Source: Vicinamibacterales bacterium (GTDB lineage: Bacteria > Acidobacteriota > Vicinamibacteria > Vicinamibacterales > UBA8438). Taken from it: 64,000 bases of DNA. The stretch is taken from positions 65,487 through 129,486 of the forward strand of contig CBDCVL010000011.1 in the NCBI GenBank assembly GCA_965223015.1, written 5' to 3'. A program made the position numbers and the translations under genes. The notes under the pieces are model-generated. The model did not search any database. It saw nothing but the letters and a program-made list of their open reading frames with translations, and was not told the DNA's origin. How positions within the stretch are numbered: the stretch's first letter is position 1; each line of letters begins with the position of its first letter. Below, in pieces: positions 62,882 to 64,000 of this stretch.

Positions 62882-64000
62882 CTACCTACGTTTGAACGCC
62901 GCTTGCGTTCTCGAGGGCTCGATCAGCGAAAAGGCGATGAAGCTGCCGACCGCAAGGCTCGCCAACAGCGCAGGCAGGGCGACTTCCGATCGAGTGGTCC
63001 ATGCGCTCGCGACCAGCAGCAGCACAAACAGTGAATCTGAGACCCGAACCGGCCAGAAGACGCGCGCCCGCTGGGTCGTGAGTTCGGTTGGGCTGAAGCG
63101 GGACGTGAACCACAGATGGAAGCGGAGGTTTGCCGCGACTCCCACAGCCAAGACCGTGGAGAAGAACAACAGCGGCCCCCAGGGTTCGGGGCCCTGTTCT
63201 CGAATCAGCCACATGGGTATGAGGGTCAGGTAGTACACGACCCCGACGATGCCCTGATGAAATCGCCACCACCAGATAGAGGCTGTTTCCGAATTGCCGG
63301 GCGTCTTGTTGGTTGGAGCCCGCTGCGCCGAAGATCCAGGTTGGGCTTCGTCGATGTCGCGTTGGAGTTGCTCGAGTGCCGCGACCAACTCGAGTGTGGA
63401 TCCGTACCGCAGGCTCGGTTCTTTCTGGAGGCACCGGTGGATCACGTCAGTCAGAGCTGGCGGGCACGAGAAGCCTCGTGTCGTGAGGGCGGGCGGGTCC
63501 GCCTCCAGCACACGGGCGATGGTGGAGGCGACGTTCGAGCTGGCAAACGGGTGTGTGCCGGAGGCGAGTTCGTACACCATGACGCCGAACGAGAAGAGGT
63601 CTGACCGAAAATCGATCTCCGCCCCGCGGAGTTGCTCAGGCGCAATGTACCCAGGAGTACCCATGATCGCCCCCGGCTCAGTCAGGCGGGTCATCGAGAG
63701 CCCGCCATCGGAGCTCCCGATACGGGCAAGCCCGAAGTCGAGTACCTTCACCCCACCGTCCGCCGTCCGAATCACATTGTCCGGCTTGAGGTCGCGGTGC
63801 ACGACACCCCGTTCGTGAGCAGCGGCCAGGGCTCGAGCAATTTCGACAGCAGTCGACAGAAGCGGGCGGAGCGCAAGCGGGCGCTCGGCGACCTCCTCCC
63901 TCAGGGTGGCGCCGGGAACATACTCCGACACGATGTAGAGGTCGTCGCCGAACTCTTCCAGCGCGTAGACCGTGGCAATACTCGGATGCGACAGACCGGC
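62882..64000 (-). CDS. Ser/Thr protein kinase with a C-terminal multi-TM domain (5' end outside the window)
   Basis: VVHRDLKPDNV, VLDFGLAR and GTPGYIAPEQ kinase subdomains, followed by 4-5 hydrophobic helices. The frame stays open to the window edge (...SIATVYALEEFGDDLYIVSEYVPG). Confidence 0.85.
   Translation of the reverse strand, partial: AGLSHPSIATVYALEEFGDDLYIVSEYVPGATLREEVAERPLALRPLLSTAVEIARALAAAHERGVVHRDLKPDNVIRTADGGVKVLDFGLARIGSSDGGLSMTRLTEPGAIMGTPGYIAPEQLRGAEIDFRSDLFSFGVMVYELASGTHPFASSNVASTIARVLEADPPALTTRGFSCPPALTDVIHRCLQKEPSLRYGSTLELVAALEQLQRDIDEAQPGSSAQRAPTNKTPGNSETASIWWWRFHQGIVGVVYYLTLIPMWLIREQGPEPWGPLLFFSTVLAVGVAANLRFHLWFTSRFSPTELTTQRARVFWPVRVSDSLFVLLLVASAWTTRSEVALPALLASLAVGSFIAFSLIEPSRTQAAFKRR

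Noticed and set aside
1-64000. Search by eye for CRISPR arrays, tRNA/rRNA genes, integron attC sites, reverse transcriptases or known defence-system genes
   Set aside because: I found no regularly spaced direct repeats, no cloverleaf-like segments in the intergenic regions I inspected (2353-2687, 23612-23965, 25913-26348, 39293-39590, 45571-45725, 49043-49232, 59109-59492), and no RT, Cas or nuclease-NTPase signatures among the ORFs. Absence is provisional without tRNAscan/Infernal.

Overview
This is a high-G+C bacterial segment. Its gene content (DUF1592/DUF1552 pair, CarboxypepD_reg-heme-propeller proteins, DUF5916 paralogs, ECF sigma module, Wza/Wzc genes) looks like soil Acidobacteriota/Gemmatimonadota-type genomes; that placement is inference only. 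All family names come from motif recognition by eye, not from searches.

The window is very rich in insertion sequences. There are nine full-length IS copies: one IS6, two IS3-family, two different IS30-family, two identical inverted IS256-family, one IS1380 and one IS630. There are also four remnants (IS6 mini-element, truncated IS6, solo IS6 terminus, IS3 fragment) and a foldback MITE-like element. Together these cover roughly 12 kb, about a fifth of the window. Insertions are nested (IS30 inside IS3 inside IS3) and several disrupt genes. An O-antigen-ligase-like gene is hit twice, and a DUF5916 gene is split by IS256 with a clean 8-bp target duplication.

Between the IS elements lie:
- (i) a minus-strand exopolysaccharide locus: atypical LuxR regulator, Wza, Wzc, beta-barrel OMP, DegT-type aminotransferase, and a three-part fusion of PglC-like transferase, PglF/CapD-like dehydratase and a zinc ribbon;
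- (ii) an operon of a small cytochrome c plus two CarboxypepD_reg/CxxCH/beta-propeller paralogs, directly behind a solo IS6 terminus that supplies a TTGACA box;
- (iii) a four-gene secreted/membrane cluster of unknown function;
- (iv) an ECF sigma module divergent from a PQQ-dehydrogenase-cupredoxin fusion;
- (v) an iodotyrosine-deiodinase-like nitroreductase next to a Tat-signal haloacid dehalogenase;
- (vi) convergent msrQ and msrP;
- (vii) a DUF1592/DUF1552/ankyrin triad.

I recognised no rRNA, tRNA, CRISPR array or cas genes. Several otherwise intact genes carry single-base frameshifts, so read-level verification is needed before calling them pseudogenes. No single clear-cut novel system stands out. 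The best candidates are the heme/propeller operon, the PQQ-cupredoxin fusion, the unknown four-gene cluster and the PglC-PglF-zinc-ribbon fusion.
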